Shown: positions 16,585 to 27,359 of the stretch, piece after piece
How positions within the stretch are numbered: position 1 is the first letter of the stretch
Layout of the letters: each line of letters opens with the position of its first letter
Origin: Haloferax volcanii DS2
Lineage (GTDB): Archaea; Halobacteriota; Halobacteria; Halobacteriales; Haloferacaceae
Assembly: GCF_000025685.1 (NCBI RefSeq)
Contig: NC_013967.1
Location: 1,740,001 to 1,772,000, forward strand
Length of the DNA: 32,000 nucleotides
Direction: 5' to 3'
The notes under the pieces: model-generated
Told to the model about the DNA's origin: nothing
Databases searched by the model: none
The model's input: only the letters and a program-made list of their open reading frames with translations
Position numbers and translations under genes: made by a program

Positions 16585-18696
16585 GTGAGTCGCGTGGCGA
16601 AACAAGTCCCCACGACCTGCATGCGCTGTGCGGTCGGCTGTGGCCACGTCCACCTCGGCTCGGATACGGCGTACGGTCTCGACGCGGTCCGGGGCGACCC
16701 CTCGCATCCCGTGAACAACGGGCTAGCCTGCGGTCGCGGCATCCGCGAGTCGGCCGACCCCGACGGCTCGTGGCTCACGCGACCGCTCGTCAGGGAGAAC
16801 GGCGAACTCCGGCAGACCTCGTGGTCGGACGCGCTTTCGCGCGCGGGAGACGCTATCAGCGACGCGATGGCCGACGACCCCGACGAGGTCGCCGTCCTCG
16901 GCAGCGGCCAACAGACGAACGAGGCCGCCTACGCCCTCGGAAAACTCGCTCGCGGCGGTATCGGCACCAGACACTACGACGCGAACACGACGCTCTGCAT
17001 GGCGAGCGCGGTCACGGCCTACTACCGCGCCTTCGGGAGCGACGCGCCGCCGCCGACCTACGACGACATCCCCGAGGCGGAGACGCACCTCGTCTGGGGG
17101 GCGAACCCGGCGGTCGCCCATCCCGTGATGTTCCGGTGGATTCGCCAGTCGGCCGACGACGGCGACCTCGTCGTCGTCGACCCCGTCGAGACGAAAACCG
17201 CGGGCGTCGCCGACGACCAAGTCGCCATCGACCCCGGCGGCGACCTCGCGCTGGCGCAGGCGATTCTCGGACACCTCGTCGAGACCGACCGCGTTGACGA
17301 GGCGTTCGTCGAGGAACATACCGAAGGGTTCGACCGCGTCATCGACGAACTCCCCCCGGTCGAGGAGGCGGCGTCGGAGGCCGGCGTCACCCTCGACGAG
17401 GTCGAGAAACTGGCGTCGCTCCTCGACGCGCCCACGCTCGTCTACTGGGGCATGGGCGTCAACCAGAGCGTCCGGGGCACCGCGACCGCCGGCGCGCTCG
17501 TGAACCTCTGTCTCGCCTCCGGCAATTTCGGCCCCGGGTCCGGCCCCTTCTCGCTCACCGGGCAGGCGAACTCGATGGGCACCCGCGTGGTCTCCTCGAA
17601 GGGGACGTGGCCCGGCCACCGACCGTTCGAACACCCGGACCACCGCCGGACCGTCGCCGAGGCGTGGGACGTGCCCGTCTCTCGGCTCCCCGACGACAAC
17701 GGACCCGGGCCGGTCGGCATGTTCGAGTCGTCGCCCTCGGTGGTCTGGACCGTTGCGACCAACCCGCTCGCCGGGTTCCCGGACGCGACGGCCGCCCGCG
17801 AGGTCCTCGACGACTCGTTCCTCGTCGTGCAGGACGCCTTCCGGTCGGAGACGGTCGAACTCGCGGACGTGGTGCTCCCCGCGGCGACGTGGGGAGAGTC
17901 CGAGGGGACCACGATGAACATGGAGCGGACGGTCTCGCGGGTCCGCCCGGCCACCGAGACGCCGCCGGGCGTCAGGCAGGACCTCGACATCATCGCCGAC
18001 GTGGCCGCCCGCGTCGCGCCCGGGTTGCTCCCGAGACCGTCGGTCTCACCGAGCGAACTGTTCGACGAGTTCGCCGCGCTCACCGAGGGGACCGACGCCG
18101 ACTGCTCGGGGCTGTCGTACACGCGACTCGACGGCGAGCGCGCCGTCCGCTGGCCCGCGCCGGACCCGACGAGCGAGGGCGGATACCGCTACTACGACGA
18201 CGCCGACGGGGAGTCGGACGACCCGACGTGGTCGTTCCCGACGGCGTCCGGGAAGGCCCAGTTCAGCGCGCTCTCGGGGTCGTCGCTCCCCGAACCCGCC
18301 GACGAGTCGTACCCGCTGACGCTCACGACCGGCCGCGAGGCCGACGGGTACAACACCGGGGTCCGCACGCGGAGCGACACGCCGGACCAGCCGGTCGCCC
18401 GCGCGCATCCCGACACTATCGACGCGCACCGCGACGCAGTCGTCGACCCCGAGGGCGACCGCCGAACCACCGTCGTCTCCCGTCGGGCGTCGGTCCCGGC
18501 GACGCTCGACCCCGACGACGCCGTCCCGCCGGGCCTCGTCTGGCTCTCTATTCACCATCCCATGACAAACCGACTTACCAGCCCTGCGGTCGACCCGCAG
18601 TCGAACGAACCGAACTTCAAGCAGTGCGCCGTCCGCCTCGAACACCCCGAGACGACAGCCGCCTCCGACCGCCTCGCCGCCGAGGTGAGCGACTGA
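16585..18696 (+). CDS. nasA: Assimilatory nitrate reductase, molybdopterin (MGD) catalytic subunit NasA
   Basis: N-terminal [4Fe-4S] motif CMRCAVGCGH...ACGRG. Molybdopterin oxidoreductase body and C-terminal MGD-binding domain. No Tat signal. Adjacent to mobA-like and nirA genes. Start is ambiguous: ATG 16555 lies only 9 nt after the TATA-like element, so GTG 16582/16585 (MSRVAKQ...) is preferred. Confidence 0.88.
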   Translation: MSRVAKQVPTTCMRCAVGCGHVHLGSDTAYGLDAVRGDPSHPVNNGLACGRGIRESADPDGSWLTRPLVRENGELRQTSWSDALSRAGDAISDAMADDPDEVAVLGSGQQTNEAAYALGKLARGGIGTRHYDANTTLCMASAVTAYYRAFGSDAPPPTYDDIPEAETHLVWGANPAVAHPVMFRWIRQSADDGDLVVVDPVETKTAGVADDQVAIDPGGDLALAQAILGHLVETDRVDEAFVEEHTEGFDRVIDELPPVEEAASEAGVTLDEVEKLASLLDAPTLVYWGMGVNQSVRGTATAGALVNLCLASGNFGPGSGPFSLTGQANSMGTRVVSSKGTWPGHRPFEHPDHRRTVAEAWDVPVSRLPDDNGPGPVGMFESSPSVVWTVATNPLAGFPDATAAREVLDDSFLVVQDAFRSETVELADVVLPAATWGESEGTTMNMERTVSRVRPATETPPGVRQDLDIIADVAARVAPGLLPRPSVSPSELFDEFAALTEGTDADCSGLSYTRLDGERAVRWPAPDPTSEGGYRYYDDADGESDDPTWSFPTASGKAQFSALSGSSLPEPADESYPLTLTTGREADGYNTGVRTRSDTPDQPVARAHPDTIDAHRDAVVDPEGDRRTTVVSRRASVPATLDPDDAVPPGLVWLSIHHPMTNRLTSPAVDPQSNEPNFKQCAVRLEHPETTAASDRLAAEVSD

Positions 18697-18754
18697 TGGC
18701 GTTCGTCGCCACCGGCGGACGGTCCCGCGAACTCGAACCCACCGCCGCCTGAGA

Positions 18755-19386
18755 ATGGCAGACGCGTCGCACCCACACCTCGACACCGGCCGCGCGGGCA
18801 TCATCCTCGCCGGCGGCCGCTCGACCAGATTCGGCGGCATCGACAAGGCGACGGCTACGGTCGGCGGCCAGCCCATGATTCACCGGGTCGCCGCCTCGCT
18901 CGACCCCGTCGTCGACGAACTCGTCGTCAACTGCCGCGCCGAACAGCGCGACTCCCTCGCCGGCGCACTCTTGGACTTCGATATCCGGTTCGCGGAGGAC
19001 TCGCATCCCGACCGAGGCCCCGTCTTCGGCCTGCGAACCGCCCTGCGGGCGACGAGCGTCGAGTACGCGGCGGTCCTCCCGTGCGATAGCCGCTCGTCCC
19101 GAGCGGGTTCATCTCGCACCTCTTCGGCCGCTTGCAGGGCAGCGCCGGCGTCGTCCCGCGGGTCTCCGAGACGACCCAACCGCTCCCCGCGGTCGTTCAC
19201 TGCCGCGCCGCCGAAGTCGCCTGCACCGACACTATCCGCGACGGCGACGAGCGCCTCCAGACCGTGATGTCCGCGCTCGACGTGACCGTCCTCGACGACC
19301 GCGAAGTGGAGGCTCACGCCGGGACGCACGCGTTTCACAACGTGAACTCCTTCGACGACTTGCGCGCGCTCACCCCTCACCGGTGA
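18755..19386 (+). pseudogene. nasC: MobA-like molybdenum cofactor guanylyltransferase (nasC), interrupted by a 1-nt frameshift
   Basis: The N-terminal 111 codons (GIILAGGRSTRFGGIDK...AAVLPCD) are in frame 1. The protein-like continuation (PLVPSGFISHLFGRLQGSAGVVPRVSE...NVNSFDDLRAL) is in another frame, starting right after a TAG at 19087-19089. Confidence 0.75.
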
Positions 19387-19648
19387 GCCGCGTTCGAGGC
19401 ATATACTACACCACCGTTCATTATGGTAAGTTTAGATTGTCGAATAAACAGGCTTTCTGCACAGAATACGCCCTTATATTCGGAATATTTGGTTATAAAA
19501 TGGGCGAATAGTGAACATATATCCTATTTCTACACATTATCAACGAATACGCTTATCAACTTCTATCGCGTCGTGTTATCACGAAACATGACCAAATTCG
19601 CAACCAAACGCACACGGATAGTGAACGATTGCCCACTGGTGGTCGGTA
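19387..19648 (+). promoter_or_regulatory. AT-rich intergenic island upstream of nasD with BRE/TATA-like elements and a 9-nt direct repeat
   Basis: Hand count gives about 36% G+C over 19401-19580. CGGAATATTTGGTTATAAAA at 19481-19500. ATAGTGAAC at 19508-19516 and 19618-19626. Confidence 0.5.
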
Positions 19649-21402
19649 ATGGCGAGTAAGAAGGAAGCCTGGAAGTCGGAACTCTACGGCGACGCAGTCC
19701 GCGACAAAATCGAGGAGTTCGCAGAAAAGGGGGTTGACGCCATCCCCGAAGAGGAGCGAGACAAGTGGTTCACTCGCTTCAAGTTCTGGGGCGTCTTCCA
19801 GCAGCGGACGGGCCAGAACTCGTACTTCATGATGCGGCTGACGAACGCCAACGGCGTCCTCGAACCGGGGCAGCTTCGCGCCATCGGTGAGGTCGCGCGC
19901 GACTACGCCTCCGGCCCCGTCGAGAACCCCGAGTTCGGAGACGCGTGGATCGACCTGACGACTCGCCAGTCGATTCAGCTCCACTGGCTCGAACTCGAAG
20001 ACATCCCCGAGGTCTGGGAGAGGCTCGAAGCGGCGGGCGTCTCCTCGCGCTCTGCGGGCGGCGACACGATGCGGAACATCACCGGCTGTCCGGTCGCCGG
20101 CCGCGACAAGCACGAACTCGTCGAATCCCAGCCGCTTCTCGACCGCTTCCAAGAGGACCTCCGCGGGAACGACGCGCTGTCGAACATGCCGCGGAAGTTC
20201 AACATCAGCGTCACCGGCTGCCGGGAGGGCTGCGCGCAGGACTCGATAAACGACGTGGGGCTCGAACCCGCGACCAAAGAAATCGACGGCGAGACCGTCA
20301 CCGGATTCAACGTCCGCGTCGGCGGCGGCCTCGGCTCCCGGAAGCCGCGCGTCGCCCGCGACCTCGACATCTTCGTCGCCGACGAAGAGCGCGCCTACGA
20401 GGTCGTCCGCGGCTTCGTCGAACTCTACCACGAACACGGCAACCGCGACGTTCGGGCCCGCGCCCGCAGTCGCTTCTTCGTCGACGAGTGGGGCACGGAG
20501 AAGATTCGCGACCTGCTTCAGGAGGGGTACGTCGACTTCGAACTCCGGTCTGCGGGCGAGAACATCCGCGACGAGTACACCTACAACGCGGGTCGCCCGG
20601 AGTCCGACGGGAAACACGACCACATCGGCGTCCACGAGCAGGCCAACGGCGACTACTACGTCGGCCTCAGCGTCGCGGTCGGTCGGCTCACGGCGTCCGA
20701 CGCCATCGAACTGGCCGACATCGCCGACGAGTACGGTTCCGGCGAAATACGGCTCACTCGCCGCCAGAACCCCTTCTGATGGACGTGCCGGAGGAGAAGC
20801 TCGACGACCTGCTCGCAGAGCCGCTCCTCGGCAAACACACGCCCGTCCCGAACCCGTTCCAGCGCGGCACGGTCGCCTGTACCGGCACGGAGTTCTGCTC
20901 GCTCGCGCTCACGGAGACGAAAGCCCGGACCGCCCGGATGCTCCGGTGGCTCCGCGACAACGTGGACGTGCCCGACGACGTGAGCCAACTGAAGATTCAC
21001 TACTCCGGCTGCACCGCCGACTGCGGGCAGGCGAACACGGCCGACATCGGCCTGTTCGGCATGCGCGCCCAGAAGGACGGCGAGATGGTCGAGGCGATGG
21101 ACATCGGCGTCGGCGGCGGCATCGGTGAGGAGCCGTCGTTCGTCGACTGGATTCAACAGCGCGTCCCGGCCGACGAAGTGCCGGGCGCAATCGCGTCGCT
21201 CGTGGAGGCGTTCGCGGAGCGCCGCGACCCCGGACAGACGTTCCGCGAGTGGGTCGACGCCGAGGGGACCGAGGCGGTCACGGAGTACTGCGTGCCCGAG
21301 GAGACGGAGTTCGAAGCGCCGTACATGCACGACGCGAAGCAGTCGTGGTACCCGTTCGCCGAGGACGAAGCGCAGTCCGAACAGGCGGTCACGAGCGACT
21401 GA
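19649..21402 (+). pseudogene. nasD: Ferredoxin-dependent assimilatory nitrite reductase (NasD/NirA, siroheme/[4Fe-4S]), split by a 1-nt frameshift
   Basis: Segment 1, 19649-20779 (376 aa), ends ...GEIRLTRRQNPF*. Segment 2, 20779-21402 (207 aa), carries the Cys ligands CTGTEFC and SGCTADCG. Together they total about 583 aa, the usual NirA size. Confidence 0.8.
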
Positions 21403-21404
21403 GC

Positions 21405-21608
21405 ATGACCGAACGCAGCGCCCACGACGACCCGGTTGACGACGCCGAGGCCGCCGCCGACGCCGACACCCGCGTCGACGACGCGCCGTTCGAGCACTCC
21501 TCGGCGGATGTCGCGCCGGAGCTCTTCCCGGCGGAACCAACGGCTGCCGACGCGGGTACCGGCGGAACCCCCGGTCGGCCGGACAGCGACTCCGCCACCA
21601 GTTCCTGA
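21405..21608 (+). CDS. 67-aa highly acidic, low-complexity protein (hypothetical)
   Basis: ATG lies 2 nt after the nasD stop. Sequence begins MTERSAHDDPVDDAEAAADADTRVDDAPFEH. G/C-rich third positions. No recognisable domain. Confidence 0.35.
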   Translation: MTERSAHDDPVDDAEAAADADTRVDDAPFEHSSADVAPELFPAEPTAADAGTGGTPGRPDSDSATSS

Positions 21609-21703
21609 GTTCCGAGAGTCGGGCCGTCGTTTCCACGTTTCCGCTCTCTCGGCGTTTTTCGACCCGATGAACAACTCGTCACGACGAATAGAGAGTTCTA
21701 AAC

Positions 21704-21710
21704 TATTTAT
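21704..21710 (+). promoter_or_regulatory. TATA box (TATTTAT) for the thiolase gene
   Basis: Centre is about 29 nt upstream of the ATG at 21736. This supports that start and a leaderless transcript. Confidence 0.4.
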
Positions 21711-21735
21711 GGTGTTCGAACCCCGATGCTGTGCC

Positions 21736-22869
21736 ATGCCAGTGCCAGTCATCGCGGCCGCGTACCGCACGCCGTTCGGCAAGGCGGGCGGCGTGTTCGA
21801 AGACGTTCGAAGCGAGGACCTCTCGGTCACGCTCATCGACCACATCCTCGACGAACACGACGTCGACCCCGACGACGTGGAGGACCTGATGTGGGGCGTC
21901 GCCCAGCAGCGCGCCGAACAGGACAACAACGTCGCCCGCGTCATCGCGCTCCTGTCGGCCCTCGGCGAGGGGACGCCCGCGACGAGCATCAACCGCTGGT
22001 GCGCCTCCTCGATGCAGGCCATCATCTCCGCGTCCGACGCCATCGCCGCCGGTAACCGCGAGTGCATCGTCGCCGGCGGGGTCGAGAGCATGTCCCGCGT
22101 GCCGATGGACGGCGATTCCTACGAGCACCTCCACCCCGAACTGAGCGAGCAGTACAACATCTTCCAGTTACAGATGGGGATGACCGCAGAGAAGGTCGCC
22201 GAGGAGTACGAGGTCTCCCGGGAGGCCCAAGACGAGTTCGCGTTCCGGAGCCACCAGCGCGCCGCCGAGGCGACCGACTCGGGTCGCTTCGACGACGAAA
22301 TCGTCCCGATCGAGACGGCCGACGGCGTCGTCACCGAGGACGAGGGCATCCGCCGCGACACCTCGATGGAGATTCTCGGCGGCCTCGACCCCGCCTTCTC
22401 GGGCGACGGCTCGGTCACCGCCGGCAACTCCTCGCAGATAACCGACGGCGCGGCCGCCGTCCTCGTCACCAGCCGCGAGTTCGCCGAGGACCGCGGCCTC
22501 GACGTGCTGGCCTCGGTCGGCACGAACAACGTCGCCGGCGTCGACCCGACGGTCATGGGCATCGGCCCGGTCCCGGCCACCCGCGGCCTCCTCGACCGCG
22601 CCGGCACCGACATCGACGACTACGGCCTCGTCGAAATCAACGAGGCGTTCGCCAGCCAGTGTGAGTACTCCCGGCGCGAACTCGGCATCGACGCGGACAG
22701 CCTCAACGTCAACGGCGGCGCAATCGCGCTCGGCCACCCGCTCGGGGCGTCCGGCGCGCGCCTGCCGGTGACGCTCATCCACGAGATGCAGAAGCGCGAC
22801 GTGGACCGCGGCCTCGCGTCGCTCTGCGTCGGCTTCGGTCAGGGCGCGGCGATAGAGTTCAGCAGATAG
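21736..22869 (+). CDS. Acetyl-CoA C-acetyltransferase (thiolase)
   Basis: 377 aa from MPVPVIAAAYRTPFGK. Nucleophilic Cys in NRWCASSMQAI, plus NGGAIALGHPLGASGAR and CVGFGQG. The upstream part of the 477-aa ORF is Pro/Arg/Ser-rich and not protein-like. Confidence 0.9.
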   Translation: MPVPVIAAAYRTPFGKAGGVFEDVRSEDLSVTLIDHILDEHDVDPDDVEDLMWGVAQQRAEQDNNVARVIALLSALGEGTPATSINRWCASSMQAIISASDAIAAGNRECIVAGGVESMSRVPMDGDSYEHLHPELSEQYNIFQLQMGMTAEKVAEEYEVSREAQDEFAFRSHQRAAEATDSGRFDDEIVPIETADGVVTEDEGIRRDTSMEILGGLDPAFSGDGSVTAGNSSQITDGAAAVLVTSREFAEDRGLDVLASVGTNNVAGVDPTVMGIGPVPATRGLLDRAGTDIDDYGLVEINEAFASQCEYSRRELGIDADSLNVNGGAIALGHPLGASGARLPVTLIHEMQKRDVDRGLASLCVGFGQGAAIEFSR

Positions 22870-22885
22870 CTGCGGGCTCGGCTGC

Positions 22886-22897
22886 TTTTTGTCTTTC
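22886..22897 (+). terminator. Oligo-T terminator-like tract after the thiolase gene
   Basis: TTTTTGTCTTTC starts 17 nt after the TAG stop. Archaeal termination typically uses T-runs. Confidence 0.3.
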
Positions 22898-22999
22898 CAG
22901 CCCCCCGAGACGCATCGTTGCTCCCCGCCCGATATATGTCACAAACGTCCGTGCTAATTCCGTCACGTTCATACTCCCGTCGTCGAGAGTATCTCGGTG

Positions 23000-23173
23000 A
23001 TGAACCTCACGACGACCGCCCTGTCGGGGGCGTTGGCGGCGCTGGTGGCGGCGGCCGCCTCCGCGGGATTCGGATTCGTTTCGAGCCCCGCTCCCGGCGC
23101 GTCCGTCTGGGTCGTCCTCGTCGCGCTCACCGCCGGCTACTGGGCGGTGTTCGTTCGGTGGGCCCGGCGCTGA
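23000..23173 (+). CDS. 57-aa small membrane protein (two TM helices), hypothetical
   Basis: MNLTTTALSGALAALVAAAASAGFGFVSSPAPGASVWVVLVALTAGYWAVFVRWARR. G/C-rich third positions. Below the track cut-off. Confidence 0.4.
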   Translation: MNLTTTALSGALAALVAAAASAGFGFVSSPAPGASVWVVLVALTAGYWAVFVRWARR

Positions 23174-23224
23174 GCGGTCGGGGGCGACGCGAAAAACCGA
23201 ACGAGCGCCGGGCGGCGAGAGCCG

Positions 23225-25132
23225 CTATTCGGGGTTGACTAGCTCTTCTGCGTCCCGGACGGCCTCGCGCTCGCCGATGATGGTGATGCGGTCGCCTTCC
23301 TGGAGTGTGTACTCCGCGTTGGGGACCGTCGTGTCACCGTTCCGCGAGACGAGCGTGACGAGACAGCCGTCCGGCAGTTCGGGTCCGACCTCGCGGATGG
23401 TCCGACCGATGAGTCGCTCGGCGGTGACCTCGACCTCTTGGACGTCGCCGGAGCGACCGATTTCGCCCATCCAGTTCGACATCGACGGGCGCTCGATGTA
23501 GTTGTCGAGCGCCTGCGCCGTGGCGATGGTCGACGAGATGGTCCGGACGCCGAGTTCTTCGAACGCCTCGACGTTGTCGGGGTTGTTCGCCCGCGCGAGG
23601 ACGCTCTCGGGGTCGAACTTCGAGTTCGCCAACTGCGCGACGAGCAGGTTCACGTCGTCGTCGCCGGTCGCGGCGACCACGAACTTGGCGTTCGCGGCCC
23701 CCGCGGAGCGCAAGACGCTCGTGTCGGCTCCGTCGCCGTGATGGACGGTAAAGCCCATGTTCCGGGCCGTCTGGACTACTTCTTGGTCCTGCTCGATGAG
23801 GACCACGTTCTCTCCGCGGTCTGCGAGGCGTTCGGCGAGCGCACGGCCCACTTTCCCGCCTCCGATGATGAGTACACGCATTGGGATGACGTCGAGGTAT
23901 TCTGCAATCCGGCGAGCGAGACCGGCCTCGAAGACGACGGTCGTCAGGATGACGAGGAACACCGTGCCGACGAGAATCGAGGCGCTCTGGTTCAGCGCGG
24001 CGGCCTGCTGGGTCATTCCCTCGGCCGCCAGTCGCGTCGCCTCCTCCTGCAGGGCGATAGCGAACAGCGAGGCCACGGACGCGGGGATGATACCGCGCGG
24101 GCCGACGAAGCTCATGAAGAGCTTCTCTTCTCTCGTGAAGCGGTCGCCGCGCGCCGAGACGAAGACCAAAAACGGCCGAATCACGAGCGCGACGGCGGCG
24201 ACGACGGCGAGGCCGCCGACGCCGAGATTCAGGAGGTTCTGGAAGTCCAACAGCGCCGCGAGGGCGATGAAGACGAACGACAGCACGAGCAGCGTGATGT
24301 CGCCTTTGAACGCCGAAATCTCCTCTTCGTACGGCACGTCCGCGTTGCCGAGGAGGATGCCGGCGGTCGCCACCGCGGCGATGCCGGCCTCCGTGGCGAC
24401 GTAGTCGGCGGCCGCGTAGGACACGAGCGCGCCGGCGAGGACGAGCAGGCGCGCGTTCTGCGGCGCGTTGCCCGGCGAGAGGTCGACGTACCGGAGCGCG
24501 TAGTACAGCGACCCGGCGACGATTGCACCCACGACGACGCCGACGCCGAGGCGCTCAGCGAACAGCGTCACGAGGGCGTCGGGACTACTGACGCCTTCGA
24601 GGATGGCCTCGAAGATGACGACGGCGACGATGGCCGCCGTCACGTCGTTGACGATACCCTCCGTGTCGAGCGCCGCGCCGACCCGGTCGCGGACCGGGAC
24701 GACTTCGAGAATCGGCGCGATGACCGTCGGTCCCGTCGCGACGAGGAGCGCGCCCACGAGGAACGACACCGGCCACGGCGCGCCGAGCGCGTAGTGGACG
24801 ACGACGCCCGTCGCGACGAACGAGATTATCGCGCCGACGGTGACGAGTCGGAACGTCGCGGCCGGCGCTTCCCGTAGCTTGTCGATTCGAAGGTGGAACG
24901 CGCCCTCGAAAACGATGATAGCGACCGAGAGACCGACGATGGCCTGTAGTGCGTTCCCGAACGAGTCGGGAGAGATGACGCCGAGGACCTCCGGGCCGAG
25001 CAGGATGCCCGACGCGATGAGGAACACGACGCTGGGGACCTGAAAGCGGTCCGAGAGCACCTGCGAGACCACGCCGATGCCGATTATCGCGGCGACGAGC
25101 GGGATGAGGTTCGCCCCTCCTGCTGCGGCCAC
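23225..25132 (-). CDS. CPA1-family Na+(K+)/H+ antiporter fused to TrkA-N and TrkA-C (RCK) domains
   Basis: 635 aa. About 12 TM N-terminal exchanger domain, Rossmann motif VLIIGGGKVGRALA, and a C-terminal TrkA-C-like segment (RLIGRTIREV...LQEGDRITIIGE). GTG start preceded by GGAGG. Confidence 0.88.
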   Translation of the reverse strand: MAAAGGANLIPLVAAIIGIGVVSQVLSDRFQVPSVVFLIASGILLGPEVLGVISPDSFGNALQAIVGLSVAIIVFEGAFHLRIDKLREAPAATFRLVTVGAIISFVATGVVVHYALGAPWPVSFLVGALLVATGPTVIAPILEVVPVRDRVGAALDTEGIVNDVTAAIVAVVIFEAILEGVSSPDALVTLFAERLGVGVVVGAIVAGSLYYALRYVDLSPGNAPQNARLLVLAGALVSYAAADYVATEAGIAAVATAGILLGNADVPYEEEISAFKGDITLLVLSFVFIALAALLDFQNLLNLGVGGLAVVAAVALVIRPFLVFVSARGDRFTREEKLFMSFVGPRGIIPASVASLFAIALQEEATRLAAEGMTQQAAALNQSASILVGTVFLVILTTVVFEAGLARRIAEYLDVIPMRVLIIGGGKVGRALAERLADRGENVVLIEQDQEVVQTARNMGFTVHHGDGADTSVLRSAGAANAKFVVAATGDDDVNLLVAQLANSKFDPESVLARANNPDNVEAFEELGVRTISSTIATAQALDNYIERPSMSNWMGEIGRSGDVQEVEVTAERLIGRTIREVGPELPDGCLVTLVSRNGDTTVPNAEYTLQEGDRITIIGEREAVRDAEELVNPE

Positions 25133-25261
25133 TTATATCGCCTCCATGGATTCGGTTCATGTGACGACGGAAGATAAAACCATACATCTCGGGCGGTATT
25201 TCCGCGGCCTTGTGGATACGTATGACCGCAAAACGCTCGAAAAAGTTTAGGCTGTCAGATT

Positions 25262-27262
<2,001 letters not shown>

Positions 27263-27284
27263 GTCCTGTTAGTTGTCATTCACC

Positions 27285-27292
27285 ATTTAAAA
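27285..27292 (-). promoter_or_regulatory. TATA box (TTTTAAAT on minus strand) for the acyl-CoA ligase gene
   Basis: Centre is about 27 nt upstream of the ATG at 27262, consistent with a leaderless transcript. Confidence 0.45.
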
Positions 27293-27359
27293 CTATGTAC
27301 GTTCGGTCTGTTGAAAGCCCGCGATACCGCGGGGAAACGCTGATTGCGACCCGCTCGCG

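Noticed and set aside
16465-16778. 80- and 83-aa minus-strand ORFs crossing the nasA start and the AT-rich island
   Set aside because: They are antisense to the nasA N-terminal Fe-S motif region, with non-protein-like composition and no promoter logic.
19423-19659. 78-aa ORF inside the AT-rich island upstream of nasD
   Set aside because: It is basic and Asn/Ile/Tyr/Lys-rich, with AT-rich codons unlike every real gene in this window. It exists only because stop codons happen to be missing in one frame.
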